The notes under the pieces were generated by a model. That model made no database searches, had not been told where the DNA came from, and saw nothing but the letters and a program-made list of their open reading frames with translations. The position numbers were made by a program, and so were the translations under genes. From Bacteriovoracia bacterium (GTDB lineage Bacteria > Bdellovibrionota > UBA1018 > CAIPTA01), in NCBI GenBank assembly GCA_050246755.1, contig JBFWVL010000001.1, positions 224,001 to 288,000 of the forward strand: a stretch of 64,000 nt of DNA. The letters run 5' to 3'. Of the stretch, positions 52,136 to 62,807 are shown piece by piece. How positions within the stretch are numbered: the first letter of the stretch is position 1; the number at the start of each line of letters is the position of its first letter.

Positions 52136-52705
52136 CTAAGCCTTTGGTTTCACGTGGGCGCGAATATACTCGATGATGGAATCGATCGAAGTACCGGGGG
52201 TGAAAACCATGCTCACGCCGGCCTTCTTGAGGGCGGGGAAATCGCTATCGGGAATAATACCGCCGATGAGGATCAAAATATCCGACCCTACTTTTACGCC
52301 CTGAGCGCTGAGGCCTTTGATCACCGCGGGCACTAGGTGGTTATGGGCACCGGAAAGGATCGATAGCCCTACTACGTCCACATCCTCTTGGATCGCGGTA
52401 TTCACGATCATTTCGGGAGTTTGGTGGAGGCCGGTATAGACCACCTCGAAACCGGCGTCGCGGCAGGCCCGGGCGATCACTTTAGCACCGCGGTCGTGGC
52501 CATCGAGACCGGCCTTGCCAATCAGCACACGAATATTTCCGCCTTCGCGTTCCACGATAGGAGAATCGGCGAAGATCTGGCGCACGTCGAATTTCATTTT
52601 TTTCGCGGGAGCCGCGGCCGGCTTCTTAGAAACTTTTTTCTTTGGCGCGGCTTTTTTCTTCGCTACCGGTTTCTTCTTCGCTACTGCTTTTTTCTTTTTC
52701 GCCAT
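52136..52705 (-). CDS. Acyl-CoA mutase small cobalamin-binding subunit (IcmB-like) with Lys/Ala-rich N-terminal tail
   Basis: [22 protein letters not shown]; start ATG 52705. Confidence 0.88.
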   Translation of the reverse strand: MAKKKKAVAKKKPVAKKKAAPKKKVSKKPAAAPAKKMKFDVRQIFADSPIVEREGGNIRVLIGKAGLDGHDRGAKVIARACRDAGFEVVYTGLHQTPEMIVNTAIQEDVDVVGLSILSGAHNHLVPAVIKGLSAQGVKVGSDILILIGGIIPDSDFPALKKAGVSMVFTPGTSIDSIIEYIRAHVKPKA

Positions 52706-52717
52706 AGTCACTTCCAA

Positions 52718-54412
52718 TTAGAAATTCGCGGGATCGCGGTAGATACCATACACTTCGCGGAAAATATCGCAGATCTCGCTTACCGAAGCGTAGGCCTTCA
52801 CGGCTTCGAGAATGGAAGGCATTAGGTTCTTATTGGCCTTCGCGTCTTCCCGGACTTTTTTCAAAGCCGCGGCCAATTTGTCCTTATTGCGCTTTCCCTT
52901 AACTTTTTTCACGAAGGCGATCTGCTCGTCTTCCTTTTCCTGCTCGATCTTCAGCGTAGGAATATCGTGGTCGTCTTCGTCGGTATACTTGTTCACGCCC
53001 ACGATCACTTTTTCTTTGCGGTCGAGCTGCTGTTGGTAGCGGTACGCGGCGGCCGCGATTTCCTTCTGCGGATAGCCTTCGTCGATCGCTTCCACCATAC
53101 CGCCGAGCTCGTAGATTTTATTGATATAGCCGAGGGCCTCTTGCTCGATCTTCGTGGTGAGATGCTCCACGAAGTAGGATCCACCAAGCGGATCCACCGT
53201 ATTCGCCACGCCACTCTCTTCGGCGATGATTTGCTGCGTACGAAGCGCCACTTTCACGGCTTGCTCGGTGGGCAACGCGAGGGTTTCGTCCATGGAGTTG
53301 GTATGGAGGGAATTCGTACCGCCCAATATGGCCGCGAGGGCCTGGAGGGTTACGCGGGCCACGTTGTTCATCGGCTGCTGCGCCGTGAGCGATACGCCGG
53401 CGGTTTGCGCGTGGGTGCGAAGCATCCAGGATTTCGGATTTTTCGCCTTAAAGCGATTTTTCAATTCGCGCGCCCAGATACGGCGGGCGGCTCGGAATTT
53501 GGCGATTTCTTCGAAGAAATCGTTATGCACGTCGAAGAAGAAGGAGAGGCGGGGCGCGAAATCATCCACGTCGAGTCCGCGCTTGATCGCTTCCTCCACG
53601 TAGGCGAGGCCGTCGGCCAAGGTGAATGCCAGCTCCTGGGCAGCCGTGGCCCCGGCTTCGCGGATATGGTAGCCGGAAATAGAAATCGAGTTCCAGCGAG
53701 GTAGCTCGTTGGTGCAGAACTCCACCATGTCGGTCACGAGCTTCACACTCGGGCGCGGCGGGCAAATCCATTCCTTCTGCGCGATGAATTCCTTGAGCAT
53801 ATCAGCCTGAATGGTGCCGCCTAATTTCGCGCGGGAGATACCGCGGTTATCGGCGAGCGCCACGTACATCGCGAGCAGCACGATGGCGGGCGCGTTGATC
53901 GTCATCGAAGTGGTCACTTCATCGAGGGGAATACCGTCGAAGAGAATTTCCATGTCGGCGAGCGTGGTCACGTTCACGCCCTCCCGCCCTACTTCGCCCT
54001 GACTCATTTTATGATCGGCGTCGTAGCCCATGAGGGTGGGCATATCGAAGGCGGTGGAGAGGCCCATCATTCCCTGTGAGAGCAAATACTTGAAACGGGC
54101 ATTCGTATCTTTGGGAGTTCCGAAGCCCGCGAATTGGCGCATGGTCCATTGGCGCCCGCGGTACATATCGGGCTGCACGCCGCGCGTGAAAGGAAATTGA
54201 CCAGGAAAGCCGATATCTTCCAGGGGATCGATGCCCTCGAGGTGGGAAGGGCCGGCCACCAGCGGAACTTCCATATCGGAAATCGTGGTGAAGGAGCGGC
54301 CTTCGTAGGCTTTTTTATTTTTCTCCAAGTGAGGATCGAGAACGGTTTTCCGCCACTCGGCCTCTGCCGCCAGCATTCGTTTCTGTTCGTCGCTTAGATC
54401 GCGTTTCTTCAT
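52718..54412 (-). CDS. Acyl-CoA mutase large subunit, isobutyryl-CoA mutase (IcmA)-type specificity residues
   Basis: [44 protein letters not shown]. Confidence 0.88.
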   Translation of the reverse strand: MKKRDLSDEQKRMLAAEAEWRKTVLDPHLEKNKKAYEGRSFTTISDMEVPLVAGPSHLEGIDPLEDIGFPGQFPFTRGVQPDMYRGRQWTMRQFAGFGTPKDTNARFKYLLSQGMMGLSTAFDMPTLMGYDADHKMSQGEVGREGVNVTTLADMEILFDGIPLDEVTTSMTINAPAIVLLAMYVALADNRGISRAKLGGTIQADMLKEFIAQKEWICPPRPSVKLVTDMVEFCTNELPRWNSISISGYHIREAGATAAQELAFTLADGLAYVEEAIKRGLDVDDFAPRLSFFFDVHNDFFEEIAKFRAARRIWARELKNRFKAKNPKSWMLRTHAQTAGVSLTAQQPMNNVARVTLQALAAILGGTNSLHTNSMDETLALPTEQAVKVALRTQQIIAEESGVANTVDPLGGSYFVEHLTTKIEQEALGYINKIYELGGMVEAIDEGYPQKEIAAAAYRYQQQLDRKEKVIVGVNKYTDEDDHDIPTLKIEQEKEDEQIAFVKKVKGKRNKDKLAAALKKVREDAKANKNLMPSILEAVKAYASVSEICDIFREVYGIYRDPANF

Positions 54413-55569
54413 CGCGCGTGCTCCGCTAGTTCGGCGCTCGCGATCACCAGGCGCTGGATCTCGCTCGTGCCTTCGTAAATCTCCGTGATGCGCTGATCGC
54501 GGAAATGGCGCTCGGCCGGATACTCATTCACGTAACCGTAGCCGCCGTGGATTTGCAGTGCTTTGTCCACGATGAAGTTCGCGGCTTCGGAAGCGTAGAG
54601 CTTACCCATCGCGGCTTCACGGGTAAATTTCATACCTTTGTCCTGCATGATGGCGGCCCGCCACACGAGCAAGCGCGCGGCGTCGAGGCGCATGGCCATA
54701 TCGGCGAACATGAACTGGATCCCTTGGTGCTTGGCGATCGGTTTGCCGAAAGTTTCGCGCTCATGGGCGAAACGCTTCGCCGCTTCGATGGCCGCGCGAG
54801 CGATCCCGATGGCTTGCGAAGCGATCCCGATGCGGCCGCCATCGAGGGTGGCCATGGCGATCTTGAAGCCGTCGCCTTCTTTACCGAGCATCTGGTCCAC
54901 GGGAATTTTTACGTTCTCGAAAATCAGCTGCGAAGTGCCGGAGCCGCGGATGCCTAATTTGTGCTCCACTTTACCCACGGTGAGGCCGGGAGTATTCTTA
55001 TCCACCACGAAGGCGCAAACCCCTTTATGCCTTAGGTCGGTGCCGAGGGTAGCGAAGAGAATGATGGTATCGCTCTCGGGTCCGTTGGTGATCCAATTTT
55101 TGGTGCCGTTCACGAGGTAGTGGTCACCCTCTTTCTTGCAGATGGTGATCAGGGCTCCAGCATCGGAGCCCGAGCCCGGCTCGGAAAGCGCGAAGGCGCC
55201 GATTTTTTCTCCGCGCGCCATCGGGGCTAACCATTTTTTATTTTGCTCGGGCGTGGCCCATTTTTTCATGGGGCCGCAAGCAAGGGAATTGTGGGCCGAA
55301 AAAATCACGCCGGTGGAGGCGCAGGCGGCATTGATCTCTTCGCCCACGAGCGCGTAAGTGAGATAGTCGAGGCCGGCGCCGTCGAACTCGGTGGGCACGT
55401 TAATGCCCATCAGGCCCATGGCGCCCATCTGCTTCACGATATCCATGGGAAATTTTCCGGTCTGGTCGATCTCGGCGGCTTTCGGAACGATCTCCTTCTG
55501 AGCGAACTGCTTCACCTGCTCCACGATCATTTTCTGTTCTTCATTGAGATCGATGATACCTAAATCCAT
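54409..55569 (-). CDS. Short-chain (butyryl) acyl-CoA dehydrogenase
   Basis: [45 protein letters not shown]. Confidence 0.92.
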   Translation of the reverse strand: MDLGIIDLNEEQKMIVEQVKQFAQKEIVPKAAEIDQTGKFPMDIVKQMGAMGLMGINVPTEFDGAGLDYLTYALVGEEINAACASTGVIFSAHNSLACGPMKKWATPEQNKKWLAPMARGEKIGAFALSEPGSGSDAGALITICKKEGDHYLVNGTKNWITNGPESDTIILFATLGTDLRHKGVCAFVVDKNTPGLTVGKVEHKLGIRGSGTSQLIFENVKIPVDQMLGKEGDGFKIAMATLDGGRIGIASQAIGIARAAIEAAKRFAHERETFGKPIAKHQGIQFMFADMAMRLDAARLLVWRAAIMQDKGMKFTREAAMGKLYASEAANFIVDKALQIHGGYGYVNEYPAERHFRDQRITEIYEGTSEIQRLVIASAELAEHAR

Positions 55570-56396
55570 TATTCTCCCTTGAAGGCCGCTTTGCGTTTTT
55601 CCGCGAATGCCCCCATGCCTTCCCGCTGGTCGTGACTGCCGAAGATGCTGCCGAAGAGAAGGGCTTCTTCCCGGAGGGCAGTATCGAGCGGTAGATGATA
55701 AATTTGGTTCATCAGGCGCTTGGAGCGCGAAACCGCCAGCGGCGAGTTACGGCGTATCTCCTGCGCGATTTCCATCGCCCGGGGCAGCAGCGCGGCCAGG
55801 GGAAGAACCTCGTTCGCGAGGCCGATGCGCAGGGCTTCCGCCGCCTTGATCTTACGCCCGGTATAGATCAATTCGCGGGCGCGGGGCAATCCCACGAATC
55901 GCGCCAGACGAATCGAGCCACCGAAGCCCGGAATAATTCCGAGCGCCACTTCGGGCTGGCCGAACACGGCATTCTCCGAAGCTAAGATAAAATCACAGGC
56001 GATCGCGAACTCACAGCCGCCGCCCAAAGCAAAACCATTTACGGCCGCAATCACGGGCTGGGGAAGCAATTCGATCGCGCGGGTCACGGACTGACCGAAA
56101 CGCGCGAAGGCCTCCCCTTCTTCGTGGGACTTATCCTTCATCTCGAGGATGTCCGCGCCGGCCACGAAGCTTTTTTCGCCGGTGCCGGTGAGAATTACCA
56201 CGTCTACGCGCTGCTCTCCCGCCAACGCGGCCCCTTCGCGGCCCGCACCGTGGTGCTCGATCCACACGAGGGCGGAGCGCAGCTCCTGCAAAGTAGCCTG
56301 ATTCAGCGCGTTCAGCGCTTTGGGGCGGTTGAAAGAAAGCGTGGCCACGCCATCTTTCACTTCCAGCAATAGGTTTTCAAATTTGGGAGCCGCCAC
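55569..56396 (-). CDS. crt: Enoyl-CoA hydratase (crotonase)
   Basis: NRPKALNAL, FVAGADI, GFALGGGCE, GQPEVALGIIPGFGG. Confidence 0.88.
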   Translation of the reverse strand: MAAPKFENLLLEVKDGVATLSFNRPKALNALNQATLQELRSALVWIEHHGAGREGAALAGEQRVDVVILTGTGEKSFVAGADILEMKDKSHEEGEAFARFGQSVTRAIELLPQPVIAAVNGFALGGGCEFAIACDFILASENAVFGQPEVALGIIPGFGGSIRLARFVGLPRARELIYTGRKIKAAEALRIGLANEVLPLAALLPRAMEIAQEIRRNSPLAVSRSKRLMNQIYHLPLDTALREEALLFGSIFGSHDQREGMGAFAEKRKAAFKGE

Positions 56397-57280
56397 TAGA
56401 AAGCACCCGGCTTAGTGGGCTTAGCTTCGCCCGAACGATAATCGTAGAAACCGATGCCGGATTTTTTCCCGAAGAGTCCGGCATCCACGTACTGCTTCAA
56501 TAGTGGGCAAGGGCGATACTTGGAATCACCGAGGCCGTCGTGAAGCACGTTCATGATGGCCAAGCAGGTATCAAGGCCGATGAAATCCGCCAGCGTGAAG
56601 GGGCCCATGGGCTGGTTCGTGCCAAGCTTCATCGAAGTATCGATGTCTTCGATGGAAGCCACGCCTTCGTAGAGCGCATAAACCGCCTCGTTGATCATAG
56701 GCATAAGGATGCGGTTCACGGCGAAACCCGGATAATCTCGAGCTTCCACCACCGTTTTGCCCATTTGTTCGGCGAGAGAACGCATCTCGGCGAAAGTTTT
56801 ATCGGAAGTGCGCAAACCGCGGATGCCCTCCACGAGCTTCATTAGAGGCACGGGATTCATGAAGTGCATGCCCACCACTTCGGAAGGTCGTTTCGTTTGG
56901 GCGGCGATCGCAGTGATCGAGATCGAGGAAGTATTCGTGGCGAGGATTACTCCGGGTTTAGCCACTTCGTCTAATTTTCGGAAAATCTGGTATTTCAGTT
57001 CCACTTTTTCGGTGGCGGCTTCCACGATGAAATCGGCGGCTTGGAGATCGGCCATATCGCCGATGGGTTGAATGAGGCCGAGGATCTCTTTCACCTTGCC
57101 GGCATCCATCTTTCCTTTTTCCACCAGGCGGTTGAGGCTCTTTTCGATACCGGCTTTACCGGCCTGCGCGCGGTCTAGGCCTACGTCGTTCAATAGAACC
57201 TTCATTCCGCTTTGGGCCGCTACTTGAGCAATGCCCGCGCCCATCTGCCCTGCGCCCACAACGGCGAATACTTTAACCAT
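56396..57280 (-). CDS. hbd: 3-hydroxybutyryl-CoA dehydrogenase
   Basis: GAGQMGAGIA, TNTSSISIT, GMHFMNP, PMGPFTLADFIGLD. Confidence 0.92.
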   Translation of the reverse strand: MVKVFAVVGAGQMGAGIAQVAAQSGMKVLLNDVGLDRAQAGKAGIEKSLNRLVEKGKMDAGKVKEILGLIQPIGDMADLQAADFIVEAATEKVELKYQIFRKLDEVAKPGVILATNTSSISITAIAAQTKRPSEVVGMHFMNPVPLMKLVEGIRGLRTSDKTFAEMRSLAEQMGKTVVEARDYPGFAVNRILMPMINEAVYALYEGVASIEDIDTSMKLGTNQPMGPFTLADFIGLDTCLAIMNVLHDGLGDSKYRPCPLLKQYVDAGLFGKKSGIGFYDYRSGEAKPTKPGAF

Positions 57281-57375
57281 GATTCTCCCGATATTTTATT
57301 GATGCCTGGATCGTGGGGCAGTCTACCAAAAGGACTAGAAAGCTCAATACTTTATGCCACCCGCGGCACGGCGCA

Positions 57376-58305
57376 TTACTTGGAATTTCCGGCCTTGGGA
57401 TGGGCGTCCTGGTACTCACGTAGGAGCTGCTCCATCTCGATATGCGTATATTTTTGCGTGGTGGAGAGGGAAGAGTGGCCGAGCAGCTCCTGAATCACCC
57501 GTAAATCAGCGCCGCGCGCAAGCAGGTGGCTGGCGAAACTATGACGTAGGGTATGGGGGCTCACGTCGGAAGGAAGCCCGGCAAGTAGAGCCGAATCATG
57601 CACGATCCTTTCGATTCCCCGCACGGATAGCCTACCTCCCCGCGAATTTAAAAAGAGCGCGGCCTCTCCTTCCGCGGAGAGAAAATCGCCCCGCTTCACG
57701 AGATATTTTTGGATCGCCGTTTGCGCAAAAGCGCCAAACACCACGAGCCGCTCTTTACGGCCCTTGCCGACCACGCGAATCGTTCCGCCCTCTTTTCCCG
57801 CCGCGGAGATATCTTCCAAATCGAGACCCGCTAGCTCGCTCACGCGCAGCCCGGTGGAATAGAGAAGCTCGAGAATGGCGCGGTTGCGCAGCCCTTCGCG
57901 GCTTTCCGCCTCGGGTGCGTCGAGCAGCTTTTCGGTTTCGCTCACGCTAAGATACACGGGCAGCTTCTTTTCCGCTTTCGGAAGAGGGATTCTCGCGGCC
58001 ACGTTGCTCCCGATCAGGTTTTTCTTATAGAGAAATCGGTAAAAAGAGCGGATGGCCGCCATGTGCCGGGCGATGCTCGAACGCGCCTGCTTTCCATATA
58101 GACTAGAAAGGTAGGTGCGAATATCCAGCTCACTCACGGAGCGTAAATCGCAGCCAGTCCCGCGCAGGGAGCGTTGATGGCGCCGAAAAGATTCCAAATC
58201 GAGGCCGTAATTGCGCAAGGTATGATCCGAAGCCCGCTGCTCCGAACGAAGGTACTCGAAGTAGCGCTCGATCCAGGGGTCGCCTTTTGACGCGGGTTTC
58301 TTCAT
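57376..58305 (-). CDS. xerC: Tyrosine recombinase XerC
   Basis: RNRAILELLYSTGLRVSEL, GKGRKER, HTLRHSFASH, LGHSSLSTTQKY; true start probably ATG 58305. Confidence 0.88.
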   Translation of the reverse strand: MKKPASKGDPWIERYFEYLRSEQRASDHTLRNYGLDLESFRRHQRSLRGTGCDLRSVSELDIRTYLSSLYGKQARSSIARHMAAIRSFYRFLYKKNLIGSNVAARIPLPKAEKKLPVYLSVSETEKLLDAPEAESREGLRNRAILELLYSTGLRVSELAGLDLEDISAAGKEGGTIRVVGKGRKERLVVFGAFAQTAIQKYLVKRGDFLSAEGEAALFLNSRGGRLSVRGIERIVHDSALLAGLPSDVSPHTLRHSFASHLLARGADLRVIQELLGHSSLSTTQKYTHIEMEQLLREYQDAHPKAGNSK

Positions 58306-58383
58306 CCCCTTGAGTATAGCGCTTCTCCCTATTTCGCTCGGAGAAAAATTGACTTCCATTCGGGCAAACTGAACAATATCCCC

Positions 58384-59430
58384 ATGGAAAAGACCGACGC
58401 CCCCGCTTCGCCCGCCGCCCAAGCCGCGCAAACCACGCTGATTGCGGGCTGTCTTTTCGTGATCGCCGCCATCATGCTTGGCGTGGCCCTTTCCTATACC
58501 CGTTCGGTGATGATTCCTTTCGCTTTCGCGCTCTTCCTCTCTTATTTCATCGTGCCCTGGGTAACTTTTTTCCAAAAAAACCTGCGCTTTCCCCGCTGGC
58601 TGGCCATCACCTTTTCCCTGCTCGGATTCTTGCTCATCATGGTGGGAGTGGTGCTGATACTGCGGGGCTCGATCATCCGCCTGATCGACAGCTTCTACCT
58701 TTACGAGGAGCGCCTCACGCACCTTGCCCAGGTGATTTCCGAATTCGCCCAGCGTTTCGCCGTGAACCTCGATCAGGCCTACGTGCTTGCGCGCATCAAA
58801 GAGCTTCCTCTCTTTTCCTTCGTGCAAAGCGCGGCCGGCACCGTTATGACGTTCGTAGCGGATTTCCTGCTCGTCATGATTTTCTTAATCTTCCTCGTGG
58901 GCGGTAAAGGCGCCGGAGACGAAAAGTCCGGGCTGCAGCTGGAGATCAACCAGAAAATCCGCGGCTACGTTTTAACCAAGCTTTTCACCAACTCGATCAC
59001 CGCAATCTTGATCTGGATCGTGCTTTCGCTTTTCGGCCTCGACCTCGCGTTCATGTTTTCCATGCTCGCCTTTTTCCTCTGCTTCATTCCTACCCTGGGA
59101 TCCATCGTGGCCACCCTCCTACCCCTGCCCATCGCGCTCATCCAGTACAACGAAGCCTGGCCCATCTGGGGCGTAATTCTTTTCCCGGCCCTGATCCAGA
59201 TCCTGATCGGCAATTTCGTGGAGCCGAAAATGCTGGAAAAAGGCCTTGATCTGCATCCCGTCACGATTCTGCTCTCCTTGATGTTTTGGGGACTGATCTG
59301 GGGCCTCGCCGGCATGTTCCTCGCCGTGCCGATCACCGCCGTAATGAAAATCCTTCTCTCGAAGATGCCCTTTACCCGCCGGCTTTCCCTTATGCTCGCG
59401 GGAAGATCTCCTTTACGGGACATGATTTGA
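58384..59430 (+). CDS. AI-2E family transporter
   Basis: Multi-TM; FIPTLGS, IGNFVEPK, LHPVTILLSL, WGLAGMFLAVP. Confidence 0.92.
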   Translation: MEKTDAPASPAAQAAQTTLIAGCLFVIAAIMLGVALSYTRSVMIPFAFALFLSYFIVPWVTFFQKNLRFPRWLAITFSLLGFLLIMVGVVLILRGSIIRLIDSFYLYEERLTHLAQVISEFAQRFAVNLDQAYVLARIKELPLFSFVQSAAGTVMTFVADFLLVMIFLIFLVGGKGAGDEKSGLQLEINQKIRGYVLTKLFTNSITAILIWIVLSLFGLDLAFMFSMLAFFLCFIPTLGSIVATLLPLPIALIQYNEAWPIWGVILFPALIQILIGNFVEPKMLEKGLDLHPVTILLSLMFWGLIWGLAGMFLAVPITAVMKILLSKMPFTRRLSLMLAGRSPLRDMI

Positions 59431-59480
59431 CGCATTGCTCCCTCCTGGTAGTTCGCACTGCTCCGTGCTAAATCCACCCT

Positions 59481-60878
59481 ATGTTTTCCCCCAAAGTTCA
59501 GGTGATCGGTGCCGGCCTCGCCGGTTGTGAAGCAGCATTCTGGCTCGCCAAGCGCGGGATCCAAGTAGACCTCTACGAAATGCGCCCGAAAAAAATGACG
59601 GAAGCCCATAAGACCGAGGGCCTCGCCGAGCTTGTTTGCTCGAATTCCTTCAAGAGCCTGAGCCCCGTGAGTGCGCCCGGCATGCTCAAGCGCGAGATGG
59701 AAATGCTCGGCTCGCTCGCGATCACCTCCGCGAAAAAAGCGGCCGTGGGAGCCGGCGAAGCCCTCGCCGTGGACAGAGATATTTTCTCCGCCGAAATGAC
59801 GGCCGCGATCGCCGCCCAGCCGAATATTCGTTTACGCCGCGAAGAAGTGCTCACCCTTCCTGATGATCCGTCCATCCTCACGATTCTCGCCACCGGCCCC
59901 CTCACCTCGAGCTCCCTCGCCGAAAGCCTGCAAAAACGCACCGGCACCGAACATTTTTATTTCTACGATGCGATCAGCCCGGTGGTGGACACGGCTTCGC
60001 TGAACATGGACATCATCTTCGCGGCCAACCGCTACGACAAAAAAACCCGCTCCCTCGATGGCACCGAGGTGAATACCGAAGACAGCTCCGACTACCTCAA
60101 TTGCCCGATGACGATGGAACAATACGACGCCTTCATCGACCTTCTCCTGCGCGGCGAACGCGTGGAAGGCAAACCGTTTGAGAAAGTGAAGCACTTCGAG
60201 GGCTGCATGCCGATCGAAGAGATGGCCGACCGCGGGCGCAATACTCCCCGCTTCGGCCCGATGAAGCCCGTGGGCCTCGTGGATCCCAAAACCGGACGCG
60301 AAGCCTTCGCCGCCGTGCAGTTGCGCCCGGAAAATCAGAGCAAGAGCGCCTACAACTTGGTTGGCTTCCAAACCAAGCTAAAATACGGCGAGCAAACGAA
60401 AGTATTCCGCTCCATCCCCGGCCTCGAGAACGCCGAATTCCACCGCTTGGGATCCATGCACCGCAATTCTTTCGTGGATGCTCCCCGCGTGATGAATTTG
60501 GACCTTTCGCTCAAGGAAGCGCGCCACGTGATGCTGGCCGGACAGATCACCGGCGTGGAAGGCTATATGGAGAGCGCCGCGATCGGCATAATCGCCGGGA
60601 TTTTCGCGGAAGCGCGCCTGGCCGAAAGGCCCATCCCGAATCCTCCCGAAGAATCCGCGTTCGGAGCCCTGCTGAGCCATCTCCGCAATACGGCGAACAC
60701 GAACTACCAGCCGATGGGAATTAATTTTTCCCTCTTCGATGATATCGTGTTCACGCAGGCGCTGGCACCGCTGCGCGAGAAATTCAAAAAGAAATTACCC
60801 AAAGACGAAAAGCGTAAAGCCCTCGGCGAGGCCTGTGCCAAAAACGGCGCGGAGTACGCGGCGCGGTTTGGATTGTAG
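59481..60878 (+). CDS. trmFO: FAD-dependent tRNA (uracil-5)-methyltransferase TrmFO/Gid
   Basis: IGAGLAGCEAA, AELVCSNS, FYDAISP, FEGCMPIE, FGPMKPVGL, AGQITGVEGY. Confidence 0.96.
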   Translation: MFSPKVQVIGAGLAGCEAAFWLAKRGIQVDLYEMRPKKMTEAHKTEGLAELVCSNSFKSLSPVSAPGMLKREMEMLGSLAITSAKKAAVGAGEALAVDRDIFSAEMTAAIAAQPNIRLRREEVLTLPDDPSILTILATGPLTSSSLAESLQKRTGTEHFYFYDAISPVVDTASLNMDIIFAANRYDKKTRSLDGTEVNTEDSSDYLNCPMTMEQYDAFIDLLLRGERVEGKPFEKVKHFEGCMPIEEMADRGRNTPRFGPMKPVGLVDPKTGREAFAAVQLRPENQSKSAYNLVGFQTKLKYGEQTKVFRSIPGLENAEFHRLGSMHRNSFVDAPRVMNLDLSLKEARHVMLAGQITGVEGYMESAAIGIIAGIFAEARLAERPIPNPPEESAFGALLSHLRNTANTNYQPMGINFSLFDDIVFTQALAPLREKFKKKLPKDEKRKALGEACAKNGAEYAARFGL

Positions 60879-61120
60879 TGAAGTTTTTAGCCGCGATTTT
60901 TCTGGTTTTTACTTTTTGCGGCTGCACTTCGGTCCGCATCCTCTCCGACCAAGAACGCGACCAGCATGGCCTCAACGGAATCATCTACGACGCCCGCCTC
61001 TGCCCAGGAAAATTCGATCCCCAGGGCAAAGAGCTCGAGTTCAATCGCCCCTGTGAGATCGTGAACTGCGGGCCGAAGAAGAATAAAATTATTTGTGAGG
61101 CGAGACCGGAAGAAAAATAA
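60878..61120 (+). CDS. Small Cys-containing lipoprotein
   Basis: Lipoprotein signal ending FCGC; GTG overlaps trmFO stop. Confidence 0.6.
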   Translation: MKFLAAIFLVFTFCGCTSVRILSDQERDQHGLNGIIYDARLCPGKFDPQGKELEFNRPCEIVNCGPKKNKIICEARPEEK

Positions 61121-61211
61121 CGCGCCGCTTCTCCGCTATGGAGTTTCCTCGATTTTACTCTCCGCAACGCCCCCCTTTTCCTGCTAAACTCCCAGCAAAA
61201 CGAGGTTTTAG

Positions 61212-62540
61212 ATGGCAAAGATCAAATCGGTTCACGCGCGCGAAATTCTGGATTCCCGGGGCAACCCCACTCTCGAATGCGATATCACCCTAGACGACGG
61301 CTCCTTCGGCCGCGCCTCCGTTCCGAGTGGCGCTTCCACTGGATCCCGCGAGGCCCTCGAGCTCCGCGACGGAGTGAAAGCCCGCTACCTCGGCAAGGGC
61401 GTGCAGAAAGCCGTGGAAAACGTGAATAAGGTTCTCGGCCCCGCTATTTTAAACAAAGAAGCCGATTTCCGCGCCCTGGATAAAATCATGATCGAGCTCG
61501 ACGGCACCGACATGAAGAAAAAATACGGCGCTAATGCCCTGCTCGGCGTCTCGATGGCGGTATGCCGGGCCGCGGCCGTGAGCAAAAAAATCACTCTGCA
61601 TAAATTTTTGGAAAACGCCTACTACGATAATTTCCTCGGCAGCAAGGAGCCAGCGCCTTACCGCGGCGTTACGCTCCCCACTCCGATGATGAATATCATC
61701 AACGGCGGCAAGCACGCCGACAACAACCTTTCCATCCAGGAGTTCATGATCCTCCCCTCGGTAGGACGCACCTTCAAGGATTCGCTCCGCGCGGGCGTTG
61801 AGATTTTCCATAACCTGAAAAACGTGCTCCACGAGAAAAAGCTTTCCACCAACGTGGGCGATGAGGGCGGATTCGCGCCCATGCTCGAATCCAACGATCA
61901 GGCCTTCGAAGTGATCCTCGACGCCATCGGACGCGCGGGCTACCGGCCCGGCCAAGACGTGTACCTCGCCCTCGACTGCGCTGCTTCAGAATTCCGTCTG
62001 GAGAACGGCACCTACGATATGAAAGGTTCCGGCCAACCCCCGATGAACTCGGCGGCCCTCGTGAAGTACTATGCGGACCTATGCATGAAGTACCCGATCG
62101 TGAGCATTGAGGACGGCCTCGACGAAAGCGACTGGGACGGATGGAAATTACTCACCCAAGAGCTTGGCAAAAAAATCATGCTCGTGGGCGACGATCTCTT
62201 CGTGACGAACGAGAAAATCCTGCAAAAAGGCATAGACCAAAAGACCGCCAACTCCATCCTGATCAAGATCAATCAGATCGGAACGATCTCGGAAACCCTG
62301 CAGACGATCGCCCTCGCCCGCAGCGCCCACTACAATACCGTGATCTCCCACCGCAGCGGCGAAACCGAGGACACCTTCCTCGCGGATTTGGCCGTGGCCA
62401 CCGATTCCGGGCTCGTAAAAACGGGCTCGGCTTCCCGGGGCGAGCGGATGGCGAAGTATAACCAGCTCCTCCGCGTGGAAGAAGAACTGGGCGATAAGGC
62501 CCGTTTCAATGGGCTGCAGTCCCTGGGAATGAAGTTTTGA
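61212..62540 (+). CDS. eno: Enolase
   Basis: [38 protein letters not shown]. Confidence 0.98.
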   Translation: MAKIKSVHAREILDSRGNPTLECDITLDDGSFGRASVPSGASTGSREALELRDGVKARYLGKGVQKAVENVNKVLGPAILNKEADFRALDKIMIELDGTDMKKKYGANALLGVSMAVCRAAAVSKKITLHKFLENAYYDNFLGSKEPAPYRGVTLPTPMMNIINGGKHADNNLSIQEFMILPSVGRTFKDSLRAGVEIFHNLKNVLHEKKLSTNVGDEGGFAPMLESNDQAFEVILDAIGRAGYRPGQDVYLALDCAASEFRLENGTYDMKGSGQPPMNSAALVKYYADLCMKYPIVSIEDGLDESDWDGWKLLTQELGKKIMLVGDDLFVTNEKILQKGIDQKTANSILIKINQIGTISETLQTIALARSAHYNTVISHRSGETEDTFLADLAVATDSGLVKTGSASRGERMAKYNQLLRVEEELGDKARFNGLQSLGMKF

Positions 62541-62800
62541 AACTAGGTTATTTCTTTCTCGCCGCCTTCGCGGTATCGGTGGGCATCGTGATTTTCGGGG
62601 AAGCGGGCCTGCTTTCCGCCTACCGGGCAAGCCAGAACAACGCTCGCCTCGAAGCCCGAGTGGATAGCCTGCAAAGCGAAAATGCGCAGCTCCTGCACGA
62701 TATCGAATCGGTGCAGAAGAACTCCCGGAAGCTCGAGCATACGATTCGCTCCAGCCTCTCGCTGGTGGGTCCCGACGAAATGGTTTTTGAGTTTCAGTGA
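62537..62800 (+). CDS. ftsB: Septum formation initiator FtsB/DivIC
   Basis: TM + coiled coil, downstream of eno (classical eno-ftsB order). Confidence 0.8.
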   Translation: MKLGYFFLAAFAVSVGIVIFGEAGLLSAYRASQNNARLEARVDSLQSENAQLLHDIESVQKNSRKLEHTIRSSLSLVGPDEMVFEFQ

Positions 62801-62807
62801 GGTTTGA

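Noticed and set aside
57376-58305. Tyrosine recombinase as a prophage or integron integrase
   Set aside because: Size and motifs fit housekeeping XerC near trmFO; no att sites, cassettes or phage genes seen.
58306-58827. N-terminal extension of xerC suggesting a fusion
   Set aside because: Mostly antisense to the AI-2E transporter; recombinase similarity begins near 58305, where a -10 box precedes the ATG.
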